A stretch of DNA of 64,000 nucleotides, from NCBI RefSeq assembly GCF_006345805.1, contig NC_042999.1:99572001-99636000 (forward strand), written 5' to 3'. Position numbers and translations under genes: made by a program. Source of the stretch: Octopus sinensis (Eukaryota). Of this stretch, positions 1 through 14,185 are shown one piece after another; the first letter of the stretch is position 1, and each line of letters opens with the position of its first letter. Below the pieces are notes generated by a model. That model ran no database searches. It was not told the origin of the DNA and worked only from the letters and a program-made list of their open reading frames with translations.

Positions 1-1045
1 CTATTCTGATATAGTCAAAATAAATGTTTCATCCCCTCAAACAAGCCGTCACTTAAATCTATTACTAACTTCTCAAGTGAATGCTAATTTTCACACCCAA
101 CCAACTGTATTGCACTGGCTGGAAGAGGACTGGGAGAAACAGAAAACAGTCTAGCTATATGCTTCATCTTTGTCTTTCCTTGGATCAAGATTACACTTTT
201 ATGAAAGATATGAACAGCAGAAGTGTATATTTCACAAAAACTGACCACTTCTGTATACTATCTATGGATTTCTGGTGAGATCGCAACCCTGAGTCTTGCT
301 TGTGCATCATCAGCTGAAGATTTTAGATAAATCTCCATCACGTAAGTTGATATACACGAGAAGATAACGTAAATTAATTCCACAGGGATTTGAACACTTA
401 AATGAAAAATAAGGCAATAATATAGATTAACACATTTAGTGGGTGACTAATATAGTGTCAGTTTACAATTGTGTCTCCATTCAGATGAGTAATGTCTATA
501 TGACGGAAACATTTTGCATCGATGTTTTTGTTTTATCTTCTGAGAAGATCTTTAATGTTTGTAGTGTCACATAAAAATCAATTGGCCAATAAAAGAATAT
601 ATATATATATGTTAGTATCGATAGATTTTTTTTCCATGCCTAGCCATCATATTGGACATTCGATAAATCAATATAAGAATCAATATATGATTGCTAACGT
701 TTCGACGTATCGATTACAGTTAACTACTACTTTGAAATTTCATTCGCTGATGAGGCATTCATTGTTTTAAATACGATTAAACATATAAGGTTTTGAAGAT
801 AAATAATGATATAAACAAATAAATAAAGCATCGTGGCAGAAATATATTGGAGAATCTCAAACATGATGAATTATTCTAGTTAATCATTCGCTGTTGCATT
901 TAGTCATTGTCTTTTAATTTTGTTTTATTGTTACTTTGATTTTTTTAGTTTCTTTTATAAAAAAAAGTGAACAAAACATCAAAATAAACACGAAAAGAAA
1001 AAAGTAAGACAAAACAAAGATATATACATATATACATGTGTGTGT

Positions 1046-1086
<41 letters not shown>

Positions 1087-4000
1087 CAGAAAGACAGAAG
1101 TTACTGCTACAGAATAACGCAGTCTGTAATGACAGGATTTTCTTGATTGAATCGAGTGCACAATGGACAGAAAATGACAAACTAGCTTTGGAATAAGAAG
1201 AGAAGAAAAGCGTGAAGGGAACATGTGAGTTGAGAAGAAGGGAAGCAAGAACGAAAAGAAGAAAGAAAGTGACGTAAGGAAATGAATAAGGAAGAATCGA
1301 GGAAAGGCAAAATCTAAATGCGTCAAAGAAAAAGAAAAGAAAGAAAACTAAGTGAAATTTGCCGGATAATTGGTGAAACAAGATAAAAATGATAATGATA
1401 GGGAGGAGGTGTCGACAATAAAATCAAAACAACATACAATAAGATGGAAAAATAGTTTTACAATGTAGAAGAAAAACATGGATCGTGGAAGCTGTCAATA
1501 AACATTAATTTTATATTTCTTTCCTTCACTTTGATGCATTTAAAAAAAAATATTTCTAATTTTATTTAATAGAATTTTTTTTCTGACTTCTTTACTCCCT
1601 GTGATGAAGCTTTAGTTTGGCTGGGGTTTCTTCCATTAAATCCGGAAATGCAAGTCCTATTTTTTAATGGCTGCTGACTATGCTGGCGGGATATACATCG
1701 TTACTACTGATTACATCATTAATATACAAGATTCAACAGCATAGCATTCCAAAATTCAGAAGCTCTGCATTATAGAAGCTCCTAGACATATGCAGCTAAT
1801 GACAATAAGAATTCTAAAGTTCCTTTAATTTTCATAAAATCATAAATTCGTATTACTCTGCAAATATGATGACTTTAAGTAGAAGTGAAAGTAGAACTTC
1901 AGATAACGCCACTGCATTTGCTTCCGATTTTACAAACATATTCATCAAAAGTATCTTCAGGCTATTCTTTTCTTGCACTGTTTCTCACTAGCGCATTAGA
2001 AAAGTGTAGCTATTTTTTTAAATCAACTAATAGTTTTGAAAAAAAATAAGTTAAATAAAATATGTGGTCAGAATCTCCTATCACACTAACCCAAATAGCT
2101 GACCACTCTTGATTGTTTTCTTTCATTACCTTCAAATACATTGTTGCAAAACTAGGTAGCATCCTCGAAACATTTCTCTTTCTTATTTCTCTTACCAACC
2201 AATAATTCTCTCTCTTCCTTTCTCTCTAGTATGTTATCCTGGTTAATGGAAATGCACTACAAAATTTTCCATTTCTTAGATGAGAATCTATGGCCCCGGT
2301 AACTATAATATTTTACCTCCACTATCAACATGTTAAAGATGGTAGAAGCAATAAACAACTAACTCTTGATGTTCCCCTCGCAAGAGTCGTCCACTCAAAC
2401 TTAGACAGTATTGCACTGTTTCTAAGAATGAATTCCTAACAAAAGTACTTCATAACTAAGCTCCTTAAATATATCAAAGATGCTAAGACTCATACTCTCA
2501 GTTGATATTATTAGTGTCGTTTAATTACCTAACACTCCTGATCAAAAAAGCCTATGATTATGGTCTCCTAACTGTGATCACTTCTTCGTTTTTGCTATGT
2601 AGAACAGCATGAATCAGTACTTTATTTCCTTATTTGAGACAGTTTTGTATTATTTGAAGAAATTTGACTGCTTTTTTCCTGCAGCTGAGAGAAATTGTAG
2701 ACCTCTTTTTTGCCTCGTAATTAAATATAGCATCTCAAAACAACAACACAGCCAAATATGTATTTCAAACAGCAGGCATTCTCTTAAAGTCTAGAAAATA
2801 AGCCATTCTTATTAGTTTTAGACCTGCTACAAGTCACCGGCGTGATCTACATTGGATCCTTAAAATATCTGTGATCATCTTCAAAGGCCACTTAGCAAGT
2901 GATTAACGATTAAAAAATAGTTTAATAAATAAAAAAACATATATTTTCGCTGTCCTCGCAGTAACTTAATCATAACCAGCCCTTCCATTAATCAATATTC
3001 ATACCGATTACTCTACCACCATTGTAAAGCTTCTACGGTTCTCAGTCTATCACATATGTATATGTGCGCATTTGATTACGTCTTTAAATAGCGTCCTCTT
3101 TCTCATTCCTCTCACCGCCACAACGTTCCCGCCGATAAACACTCTTATTTCTCCTTTTTGCCTCTCCCTTTTACCAAACTATCAAGCACGTATCATAAGT
3201 AGGTGCACATGTAGAATGATATCATATATTTATTTGGTTTTGCTCAACCATCATCTTTGGAAAAAGAATATGGGATCGCTGCTCTTCATACGAATACTGT
3301 GGCTATTAGAGTTTACAAACTCCTTCCTTCCTTAAATAGCATAATTAGGATTCACACGATTCGTGCGAGATATTAAGCCTGGGATTTTTGCTTGAAGAAG
3401 CTTGGGAGACACTGATATTAGACGATTAACCGACTTCTGTAATTCACTAGAACTTTATTTTATCGAACAATGAAAAAATGGAAGGTAACGCTAACTCGGT
3501 GAGAATAACAATAGTACAACTTTTTTTTCACATTTGCTGAGATAGTGAAGTGCATTGCTCCACTTGTATATCAGCATATTCTGAATTCTCTATATAATAT
3601 CAGCAATATTTCACATAAACAGGAAGATAAATGATAACTGAACTCAGAAAGTAAATAACTGAAGTTAAATACGGCACGCTAGCAATCTCCGTTGCTCTAA
3701 TCTACTCAAGTGGAAAGTGAATACCAGCTGAGTACTTGTGCAGTCCAATTTCTCCCTGTCTATCACATCTCGAACGTTCAACTGAGAAATGGTAAAAGGT
3801 GGAAAGTGGGGATTTTGATACGTGTCTGCATCTGTACTTGCTCACCACTACATGAAGAATTAAAGTAAGTGAGAAAAGCATGATACATGCTATCAAGTCA
3901 TACATTCTGCCGAATACCGGCTAAGATTTTTTACACCAGTTGCTATATTTCGCGGATGAGCAAATAATTTCATATCAAAATTCGATGTCTCAGTCGAACA

Positions 4001-4801
4001 ATTGCAACAGTATCTAGATTTCATAAATTATCAGTAACTGCACGAGGCTGAAATGCATCTTTTGTGTTTGAAAAGAAGTCTGATACCTAGCATATAGAAA
4101 TCATCTACCTTTTTTAACATTTGATCTTAATCTTTCAATCGTATTTTATCATATAATTACAAGGATAGATTGACTTAAGATATTGAAATAATTTAATAGA
4201 AAATAGCCATTTATAAGTGTTCCTATTGTATATCTAGGAATGTTACTAAAGATAGATACAGATATCTAATGATTTGCATTTCATCATCAAGCCGCCTTCA
4301 TATCATTCGGAGAATAAGATTGTTTTAAAAGCAACATGTAACATTTTAAATTAAAGACTATAAGGCATAAAAGAAGAATTAGTGCTTAGGGTAAAAGATC
4401 GTATAACATTTAATGTACAGTTAACAGTTTATAAATGGCAGAATCAGTTATCAACAAGAAAACATTCCCAACATTCATGATTTCATTTAGTAAAAATTTT
4501 ATACCCATGTCTGCAATTTTGGGAAAGTATTGTATTTTGGTGTGTTTTTTTTCCGTGAAAATACATCACCACACATATACAAATAATTGTTCTTCGATTT
4601 GATCTAGAACTACTATATGTATGTAGCTATGTGGGTGTCTATGTAAATAATTATGCATGCATGTGTCTATGAATATGTGTGTGTGTGTATGTGTGTGTGT
4701 GTAAGTGTGTGTGTGCGTGTGTGTGAAGGACAGATTTATTTGTATGTTAACACGTCTTGAATTCTCCGTATAATATCAACATTTCAATAAAGAAAAATCG
4801 A

Positions 4802-4990
<189 letters not shown>

Positions 4991-5275
4991 CTTACTATAA
5001 TAAAAAAAAAAACATTCTTTAAAGAATCAGTCACGAAGTATGAAAGTTTCTGGCAACAAAAAGTGTTTTCGCGCTCAATCTGTTATTTTCTGGAATAATC
5101 CCATCAACCAGTCACCGAGTTGTTATTTCCTTGAAGCAATCCTTTTATTCTAAGATTAGTTTTTAAATGACTTCAGATAACTTTCTTCCTTCAGTAAAGT
5201 TCTTATGTCTATCTAAATATCAAGAAACATAAAGTATAGTGTTGTGTTTATCAAGGCTTGTTGATCAGCATCGTA

Positions 5276-5359
<84 letters not shown>

Positions 5360-5548
5360 AAGAAGAAGAAAAAGAAAAAGAAGGAGGAGAAGGAGAAGGA
5401 GAAGGAGAAGAAGAAGAAAAAGAAAAAGAAGGAGGAGAAGGAGAAGGAGAAGGAGAAGAAAAAGAAAAAGAAGGAGGAGAAGGAGAAGGAGAAGGAGAAG
5501 GAGAAGAAAAAGAAAAAGAAGGAGGAGAAGGAGAAGGAGAAGGAGAAG

Positions 5549-5580
<32 letters not shown>

Positions 5581-5607
5581 GAAGAAGAAGAAGTAGAAGA
5601 AGAATTA

Positions 5608-5642
<35 letters not shown>

Positions 5643-5710
5643 AGAAGAAGAAGAAGAAGAAGAAGAAGAAGAAGAAGAAGAAGAAGAAGAAGAAGAAGAA
5701 GAAGAAGAAT
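5276..5710 (+). repeat. Compound (TAA)n/(GAA)n/(GGA,GAA) microsatellite with a higher-order unit
   Basis: The unit aaaagaaaaagaaggaggagaaggagaaggagaa recurs 4 times at ~5370-5545. Confidence 0.95.
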
Positions 5711-6903
5711 GGAAGGCTTTATAGTGAGGATAGTAGCTGTAATGAGGCGGAATTAATAATATTAAAAAATGTCTATAAGAATCGCTGACTCTAAGAAACA
5801 CAAACCATACTTTAGAATGAGAAAATTTGCTCGAAATTCGCTTCTTTTTCAAGTTATACATGCCGTAATAGTTGTCCCTTAGAATCGAAACTTGTATTTA
5901 TGATATTGATCAAGTAACACTAATAATTTGAAGTATGTGTTAAGAAAATGTCTCAGAGAAGATATATAGTTATTTATATGAACCTCAAGTAATTACAGAT
6001 ACTTATAGGCGAGTGAGAGAAAAAATGAAGAATAAATATATATCATATAATTGATTTATATATTGCTGTAAACAGCAGTATGTAGATATATAATTGTATG
6101 CAATGATGAGGATACAGTGATGTATAAGTTATTCGATCTAAAAAGTGAGGGCAGTTCTGTGCAATATGTACAGGAACTTCTTGAGGAACATAGTATATAC
6201 AAAGACGTCGTGCGGTGGTAGCGAGTTGCGGAACACACAATCTTGCTCAGTCTGTAATATGTAATTGTAAAAAAGCATTTTGGAATACTACTTGGCTCTT
6301 TTCGAAACTTTAGCGTTAAAGAGATCCGTCAGCAACTCGAGGGAATGTGCAGAATTCACCAATCAGAATGAAATTTAGAGTTTTGTGTAGACAACAAAAG
6401 TAGAAAATGGATAAAAATTGAGAGATTCGCCTCCCTAGGAAAAACTAAAAGGTTTGGTTTGCGTCTCAGCTAAAAGGTAACCAGTCTGTGAGGTCTGGAT
6501 TGCATGAAAGCCCACAGAAAAGGAAGAGGACTATAGCACTAATTTTGAACTTCTACGTGTCAGTGTACCGTGCGGTCAAGATAAAATCCTATGCTACTAA
6601 ACTAGGTAGTGAGTTGTGTTTACAACGCCTTTCAAATAATGCTTGTATGTGCATCTGTGTGTGTGTTTGTGTGTGTGTTTGTGTGTGTCAGTGTGTGTGT
6701 ATTAAAATATTACAAACATGACTTCTAAGATATTCAACACATGATATCAATTCCGCATCATACATGCACGCACACATTCCTACACGCAGTATCAGATCTA
6801 TGTATTTAAGCAAGGATGCATCTATGCATTCTGTTATTCTTTTTATGATTTGTCCTTGCTCTACATCCATATACGCTCATATGTATGTATGTATGTATGT
6901 ATG

Positions 6904-6935
<32 letters not shown>

Positions 6936-7679
6936 TGTATGTATGTATGTATGCATGCATGCAAATATGTATGTATGCATGCATGCAAATATATATGTAT
7001 GTATGTGTGTGTATATGCAGGTATTTATGTACGTATGTATGCTTATATTTATGCTTATGTATGTGTGTATGTATGTATGTATGTATGAATGATATATGTC
7101 TGTATGTATGTGCTTATGATAGTATGTATATATGTAGCCCGGTATGTATGAATGTCTGTATATAGGCGATCGCTTTAGCTACATTAAAAGCAGGAAACCA
7201 TATTAGACATTTCAGGAATCAAAATGATTATTAGCTAGGTTTCTTGTAAGATGATAATGTAAGAAGTTTGAAGAATACGTAATCTTTGAAACCAGTTGAT
7301 AAAATTTCATCTTCCTGGCAATGTATTTTCAGTTCTTACATTGTTATCTGTATTTCGCTGCACCGCTGTTCAAGAAGTTGCCTATAGCAGGTTAAAGTTT
7401 GGGCATCTCTTGATGGCTATCATGTGAACATACGCAATATATCTACCAGTCTTTCGTTAGCTTATAACATTAAATTTTAAGGTCATAACTACCTGGAATA
7501 GTTAATATTCAGCAAACGTCTTCAGAATTTTATCCCTTTAGTCTGTCTAAATCCATTTGGAGCAGTAGTAGCTCAATCTACTTCGAGCAGCAGCAGTATA
7601 TAAGATTCTCTTTGTACTAAAGACACAAGGCTAGTAATTTTAGGAAAAGAATTTAATCGATTATATCCCCACCCCCTCT

Positions 7680-7830
7680 AGTGCGTGACTAGTATTATTT
7701 TATCGTTCTCGACTGGATGAACGTAATGTCGACTGCGGTGTAATTTGAACCTATAGCGAAAAGTGAAGAGAAATGCTGCTAAGCGTTTTCTTCGGTGCGA
7801 TAAGGATTCCGCTAGCTCGCCGCCCTAACA
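7680..7830 (+). mobile_element. Diverged SINE family A copy
   Basis: ggatgaacgtaatgtcgactgcggtgtaatttgaac...gaaatgctgctaagcg. Confidence 0.65.
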
Positions 7831-10574
7831 TCAGCATAATATAATACATGCAAACTAATTCTAAAATAATATTGTTACTCTAGTTTAAAGCTGTCTTATT
7901 TAAACAACAATAACAACTTAATATGTTTCACATAGACTTATTCTTGTTATTTAAATAGTGAAAATGAAATATAAATTGATGAATTTTGAAATCTGTTACA
8001 TTCTAGTGTAAAAAATATTGACTGTAATTTAGTGATTAATTGCTGGTGATAGCTTGATATTGTTGTGAGAAATACTTACGTTCATTGATATATACAAACA
8101 TTCGATAGCTTCTGAAAAGCCAATTCTGCAAAAACAAATATTATGTAGAATTATAATGATCAGTAATTTCTGCATAACTAAAATTAAAATTATTTTAACG
8201 TTAGACATTTATGGGAATTTTATTTATAGATTATGGTAAGAAATTCTCTTGATACATTATATGTAACCTTTCGTATATGAACATTATTAATTCTTTTATC
8301 CATTTATGACTTTTATTACATAGCGGCTATAATTGATAACATATCCATGTTTCTTAGGTATTTTATATATCTTTGATATACTACATTTTATAAAATTTGC
8401 TTCGGTGATAACACCCGAAACAGTGTAAAGATATATCACAACTTGTGCGATAAAATGAAATAAATTAAAATAAAAAGCAATTTATAGAAGAAAATTACAA
8501 TTGCCAGTGGCGCACCTAATGCTGATAACGATAAAATGATTGTGCTACTGAATGTTGACAACGTTCATAGTTTTAATAAAATGTCTAAACGGACAGAATC
8601 AATTATTGAGCAATAAGAAAATTAGGAAAACAATTGTGCAACGATTTCATTTAATGGATTGCTAACAAGTTTTCACATCTAGCATATTTATCTCTGCACA
8701 ATAGCACAGTTGTGATGCATGGTGGAAATAAATATCGTTACAGCTAGCTTTAGTTTCTGGAAGACATATTTGATTTTTCCTTCTATTCAACGTTGGCTCA
8801 TGTATATTAACCTAGAATCTAACAACTTGAAATGAATGCGATTTAATTGCAATTGGTTAAGTCTGAAGTAAGTGACCTACTCTCAACAAAACAGGTACTT
8901 TTTTATATCATAAAAAAATATTTTCCCACATCAAAACTTCTCACTAAAGATTTTTCTCTTTAATTTTCGTATCGACAGATAATTATTTTCTCTCCAAGGA
9001 AGACTAATTATACCACATGTCCATATATAGTTGCAATGAATAACTGTGGCCCATTTCGGTGACAAACTCAGTGAAGACACGAAATCAATACAGGAGTGTG
9101 GGTAGGAGTGTTTGTTAAATGCACATATTGATTAAACGCCATGGAAAGAGTTGGTCTATTTTACCGACATCAGAACAAACAAGTTGGTGGGATGTAGACA
9201 CATTAAAATAATAATCAAGAAATTGTATTTTCATGAGGCAACACTTTTGTAACAAGCTGCAAATGAATTGAAAGAAAAAAATCTTTTTGTTCTTGGTCAT
9301 TATTCATTGACTTCGCATACAATAGTATACTTTGGAGAAAGCACTTACTAGAGCCACCCGTCATACCAGATGAGATCTAATTGTATAACCATTTTCTATT
9401 AAATATCGGCTGATATAAAGGTTATTCAGTTGCTTATTATTATAATAGATATTGATAAATAATTAATCTTTCTATTAGCTTCCTTTATATATTTTGCTGT
9501 TCTATAATCATTTAGCGCGCACTTTAACCATTTGGAGAGAAAACAGCTTCCAGATTCAACTTGTGTGCATTAACAATAAACAAAATTCTCAAAACGCCTG
9601 CAAATGCGTTGTGGAAGATTTAAGTATTGCAAATGAAAATACCGCTGTCACCATAAGCAAATATATTCATTTGTGTTGTCGCATTCATAAATGAATAAAG
9701 TGTTAAGATAGAGAAATTTTATTTTTTCTGTTTTAGAAATCAAGACAGTTCAACAAAAAAATTGAAGATGTTAGCCGCCACTTCCAGTTGCGACTGTCAT
9801 AAAAGACTAAACTGATTATGTTATACAGAACTCTCTTAACTAGACACTTTCTAAATGTTTGAATTTCGTTACGAACTTTGTGAATATTTTAAGTTGTAAA
9901 GAATAAAAAAAGAAATAGTTAAGTGACTCCAAATGTTGACCATGTAAATTGTACAAAATATGAGATGTGTTGTTCGTAAATGTGAGTGATGTAAAAGAAT
10001 ATTTCAATAAAGCACGACCGAGAATATTTCACAGTTATATAATATCTCTTTTCCAACGTTGTTATAGTTGTTTCCTCTGTTATTATTGTTGTTGTCACTG
10101 TTATTGTTGCCTCAAGCGGATTGTTTTCAAGTTGACTCACAACGATCGGCATTTCAATTTTCACCATGCTAATTGTTGGTATGTCTAGGACTACATTGTT
10201 CATGTGTCTTTACTCTTATTTTAAGACTAAAGGGTGTATTTAAAAGCGGTTTTGTAGCGGCCATACCAGACAAATTGGTAATATATGTAACAATATGAAA
10301 AGTCTCATCATGCTCCGCAAAAATCATTAAATGGGGGAGGTTAGCTTTATTGGTATACCTATTAGATAACTCGTTGTTACACATGCGCACCACACATTTA
10401 TACACAACTATACCTACCGCTTATCATGTAGAAGTATATTTTCTGTAATACGGTATTTCTTTTCTTGAATGTTGTTGAAACCCTGGTTGTTCACACTATG
10501 GTTCACAACTTCTGAAACTGATGTTATTCCTCATAAGCTTACTTTTTTATATACTACAACGGTTATGCTGTATG

Positions 10575-10740
10575 TGTCTAACTGCCTGAGGAGGGGACTA
10601 GTCGATTACATCAACCCCAGTGTTTCACTGGTACTTAATTTATCGACCCAGAAAGGATGAAATGCAAAGTCGACCGGGTGAAATTTGAACGCAGAACGCT
10701 TAGACGCATGAAATGCTGCAAAGATTTTGTCATCATGCTA
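10575..10740 (+). mobile_element. SINE family A copy
   Basis: atcgacccagaaaggatgaaatgcaaagtcgacc...atttgaacgcagaacg. Confidence 0.8.
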
Positions 10741-10744
10741 ATTA

Positions 10745-10939
10745 TTCTGGAGCGGGATGGGTTACTCGACGAGAAGAAAATTCTAACTGGGCCCCACCTG
10801 CAAGGTCATGTGCTATTTATCTTGATATGAGATCACCATGTCGCGCACATATGGTTGTGAGACATATGCCTAGTGTACCTTTATCAGACGTATATTTTAC
10901 TCCAGTGTCACTTTGATGGCATGCACTGCTCTCTCACTC

Positions 10940-11009
<70 letters not shown>

Positions 11010-11010
11010 G
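10745..11010 (+). mobile_element. Short (TAA)n-tailed retroposon 3' end
   Basis: Unique ~190 bp ending ...ctctcactc directly followed by (AAT)n. The same ACTC(AAT)n terminus ends the R4-like element at 37507. Confidence 0.5.
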
Positions 11011-11029
11011 TAATATTAACTATTTTTTC

Positions 11030-13620
11030 CATTTGGGCTGTAAGTTTGGTGGATAATTTAGCGCTAATAAATAGCTTTTTTAGAGACTTAGGTTGTCTTT
11101 TACTTTTAATGATTTCATGTGTTTCTTGTGCATTTTTCCTCGCACCTCGTTCATATAAAGGGTCATATTTTGATGGGTGATGTAGCAGGCCTCCATGCTT
11201 GTTGGATTTTGTGCCGATATATAGTGTCAAGTTATCAGCGGATTTTCTTAGATGTCTCAAATGACCACTATTTTCTTTCGAGTAATATATTTTTAAGTTC
11301 TTTAAGTCATCTTTTCCGGTTTTTGAGATTGGACAAAATTAATCAAATTCTTCCTGCCAAGTTAAAAGCTTTATTGCTATTCTTATGCTTAGGATAACAT
11401 GAAGAACATAGCAGATATTGTTTTGCGTTTGTTGGTTTAAAGTAGATGTCAGTTTCAGTGTTAGGATCCTTTTGTGATTCGGATGTCCAAAAGAGTCGCT
11501 GCTTTTGACTGTGTTCTATCTTAAATTGGATACAGTGGTTTATGCTATTAATTAAAATCTTAAACTTCAAGTGTTAGTTCAGAATATGTTACCACAGAAT
11601 GAAACAATCATCCATGCAGCATTTCCTGTTGGCGTGTAAGTATTTATGGAAGTTATCGCCGAATTTCAGTTCCGTGTGTTCGTATATTTAGAATTCTAAG
11701 TATATGATGATAAGGTTAGCAAAAGTGATGGCTACCTTCATTCTCATCACAGTCCCAGATATTTGCCTTTATGTGCTGTCGTTGAAGTTTAAAAAACATA
11801 TTTTGTAGGATGAACTTTAATCCTGCAATGATTTTAATTGTGCAATGATACATCGTCTTCCAATCGGTCAGGTATGTCTTTTGAACGGGAATTTTATAGC
11901 TTCTATTCTGTATTCGTTTGAAATCTAGGCGTAGACATTAACTACATCGAATGAAACAGAAAGAGAGTCCATGTTGGCTTTGCTCGAGAGATGGTTTAAA
12001 AAGTCTTAGTCATCTCCTGTGAAGTTCCGTATATGTTTAAGAATGGCTTTTAGGAGTACGTCAATAATGTTACTGGGTGTATGTGTATCATAAAACGGAC
12101 CTACCAAAATTGGTCTCAATTTGAGATCTTTGTGATGTGGTATAGTAATAACCAATAATATTTATCTTCTACACACTTTATTTATTGCTGCGCTTTTGTA
12201 GATTTTTGGGCTGCTGTAAAAGTTGTTGGTTTTACTGTCAAATCTTGTTAAGCAGTCCTTTTTTTTCGTCAACACTTTTCGAACTTGTGGATGAGGGTAA
12301 TGACTTTTTTCATTAAATTGGATTTTTGGTAATTGTCGACATTTTCATCGTAAGTTGTGTCATGAGGAAGAGTTAGTGCAAGGTTTATCTATTGTTTCAA
12401 ATCCATAATGATTATAGCGCAACATTTACCAGTTTCTTTAATAGTCATATTATGATCATCCTTGAGACCCACCTGTGACGGACCGGTGTCCTATTCAGAT
12501 AGAGAACCTATACGCCAATGAAACCGGGAAACAGGCCCTTATGAGCCAGGCATGCCTCGAGATGCCTCGAGAAGGAACAAAAAGAAAACATCCTTGAGAT
12601 CGTTGATGATTTCCCATTCTTCTCGGTCTGTATTTAGTTTGAATATCGGATGTGATAGTAATTTATAGGAGAAATTGTTTACAAAATCACAAAATTTATC
12701 CTGAGTTTCGTTCTTACCTTTTGTCGGATTGTAGTTACCTTTATTATGAAGCATTGACTCATGACTAATTTCTATATCAAATAAATCTACAAAATTCCAG
12801 GACATCGTTCTATATTTCGTCAATACTAGAATTGTTTGGTTTGGGATGTATTTTAATCCTTTCGAGAGAATTTTAATTTGTTGCGCTCACAGTGCTTTAT
12901 GTGGAGATTTATAACCTTTGGAATCTTACATTTAGTCTGTACAATTGTCTTCCTTTCGTCCATTATGTCAAAACACAAAAAGATGGTTCCCCGGTTTTGG
13001 TTCAACGTATTACTATTTCAATTGGCTACTCTTGTGTACAACCTCGATCTATTGTAGATTCTTGGTTGCCCTGTCTAAAGATGTAAATGTTATTAGTTTT
13101 GATGTGATGTGTCAAATCTCTAACGTGATCATTGCCGTTAAAATGTTTCGTGTGTAGTGCCATTTCTCATTTGGAAAGTTGTTGCATCTCGAACGAGTGA
13201 GGGCTTATTTTATTTTTCCCGGTGAAACCATTTGCTACATATATTTAAGGAGAAGTATTTTACATTGAGGGGAACGGAAGTTGTTGGTCCACAAAGAGGT
13301 CTTTCTCCGCCTAGATGCTCTGGAATTGGTATTATTCCAACTGAGTTTTGATGAGAGCTTGAGATATTTTTCGATTACGGCTTTGCTGTGGGATGTGTGG
13401 GATCTGTGATGCTTCATTCTCTACAAGAATGAGTTATCAGATTCATAGTGTTCTTTATATTTTGCTTCATAGTAACTAAGGTAGTCCTTATGTTTTCCCG
13501 CCCTCGAAGAGCAATTACTTATTTGTTCGCGGAACTTTTTAAAGTGTTCCTCTTCAGTCTTCTTAGCTATTTCGTAATCGGAATTAGTAGACCTACACGG
13601 ATCTATATTAACTTCTTCTT
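11030..13620 (-). mobile_element. Degraded Penelope-like retroelement (RT, truncated before GIY-YIG)
   Basis: Minus-strand remnants read ILSKGLKY, IINDLKD/DHNMTIKETGKCCAIIIMD, SFDVVNVY, RQISGTVM, MDDCFILW, ETDIYFKPTNAKQYL and IIKSKRQPKSLKK. They are homologous to the 33 kb and 53 kb copies and contain many stops and frameshifts. Confidence 0.88.
12468..12588 (+). mobile_element. 121-bp retroposed insertion with 11-bp target-site duplication, inside the PLE RT
   Basis: CATCCTTGAGA occurs at 12457-12467 and 12589-12599. The insert has an A-rich 3' end (gaaggaacaaaaagaaaa). Removing it restores RT peptide NDLKD-DHNMTIKE. Confidence 0.85.
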
Positions 13621-14093
13621 AGGGGTGAAAAAGTGTAAACGTATATATATATATATATATACACACACACATATAGATGTGTGAGTGTGCGTACGTATCA
13701 ATGTGATCGTGCACATACATATATGTGCAGATATGTGTGTGCGTGTACATGTATGTATATGCGCAAGTATATGCGTGGGTCTTTGTGTATATATATGGAC
13801 ATACCGATGCATATGTGTATATGTAAGCGTGTGTATTTGCATATATATAAATTTTCTTAACATTACTTATAATTTATGAACGAATATTCCTTTCTTACCT
13901 TATTTATATTTAAATTTCCTCTATCATCTCTATTTAATTTATTCATTTCTTACTCTAATTCTATTTACCTACTCTATCCTATCTCCAATCAATCTGCAAA
14001 CCTCTCGAACATATAAAAATACAAATCATAAACATTATCATTCAGTCTGCTATAATGAATCAGTAAACGCATATAAAACATCCAAGGATATAT

Positions 14094-14185
14094 TTTTTCC
14101 TCTGAAGATATTATGCTCAGGTCATATGAATTTAATGTTTTATGAATATTTACTGAGTATTAATTGAAACAGCTGTAAGGGATGA
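14094..14185 (+). ncRNA. Type I hammerhead ribozyme with long stem II, in a pLTR-like segment antisense to the adjacent PLE ORF
   Basis: TTCCT-CTGAAGA-T ATTATGCTCAG...CTGAGTATTAAT T-GAA-ACAGCTGT-A-AGGGA. Stem I is TTCCT/AGGGA, stem III is the palindrome ACAGCTGT, and the cleavage triplet is GUA. The segment ends in (TA)n at ~14253. Confidence 0.8.

Noticed and set aside
690-760. AACGTTTCG plus CTGATGAG as a hammerhead
   Set aside because: The two half-cores are on opposite strands with no compatible stems.
914-1381. Hydrophobic or low-complexity ORFs here and at 5258-5861, 6764-7165, 19517-20560, 22359-22856, 41562-42093, 44213-44778 and 61382-62075
   Set aside because: These are translations of (CA)n, (TA)n, (TATG)n, (GATA)n and trinucleotide microsatellites.
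1640-1730. ADYAGGI as a decayed RT YADD motif
   Set aside because: No other RT motifs could be traced around it.
6200-6600. Promoter or first exon (CCAATCAG box, AAG/GTAACC donor-like site)
   Set aside because: Short motifs that are expected by chance, with no linked exon chain.
9725-9815. Candidate terminal exons after strong acceptor-like sites (also ~45280)
   Set aside because: Only 20-40 codons with no recognisable homology; cannot be supported without RNA data.
13506-13562. Minus-strand hammerhead-like fold (GAAGA-CUGAAGA-GGAAC/GUUCC...UCUUC)
   Set aside because: It has an extra GC before GAA and C-G in place of the essential A15.1-U16.1 pair. The same bases read as plausible PLE N-terminal coding sequence (KKTEEEHFKKFREQ).
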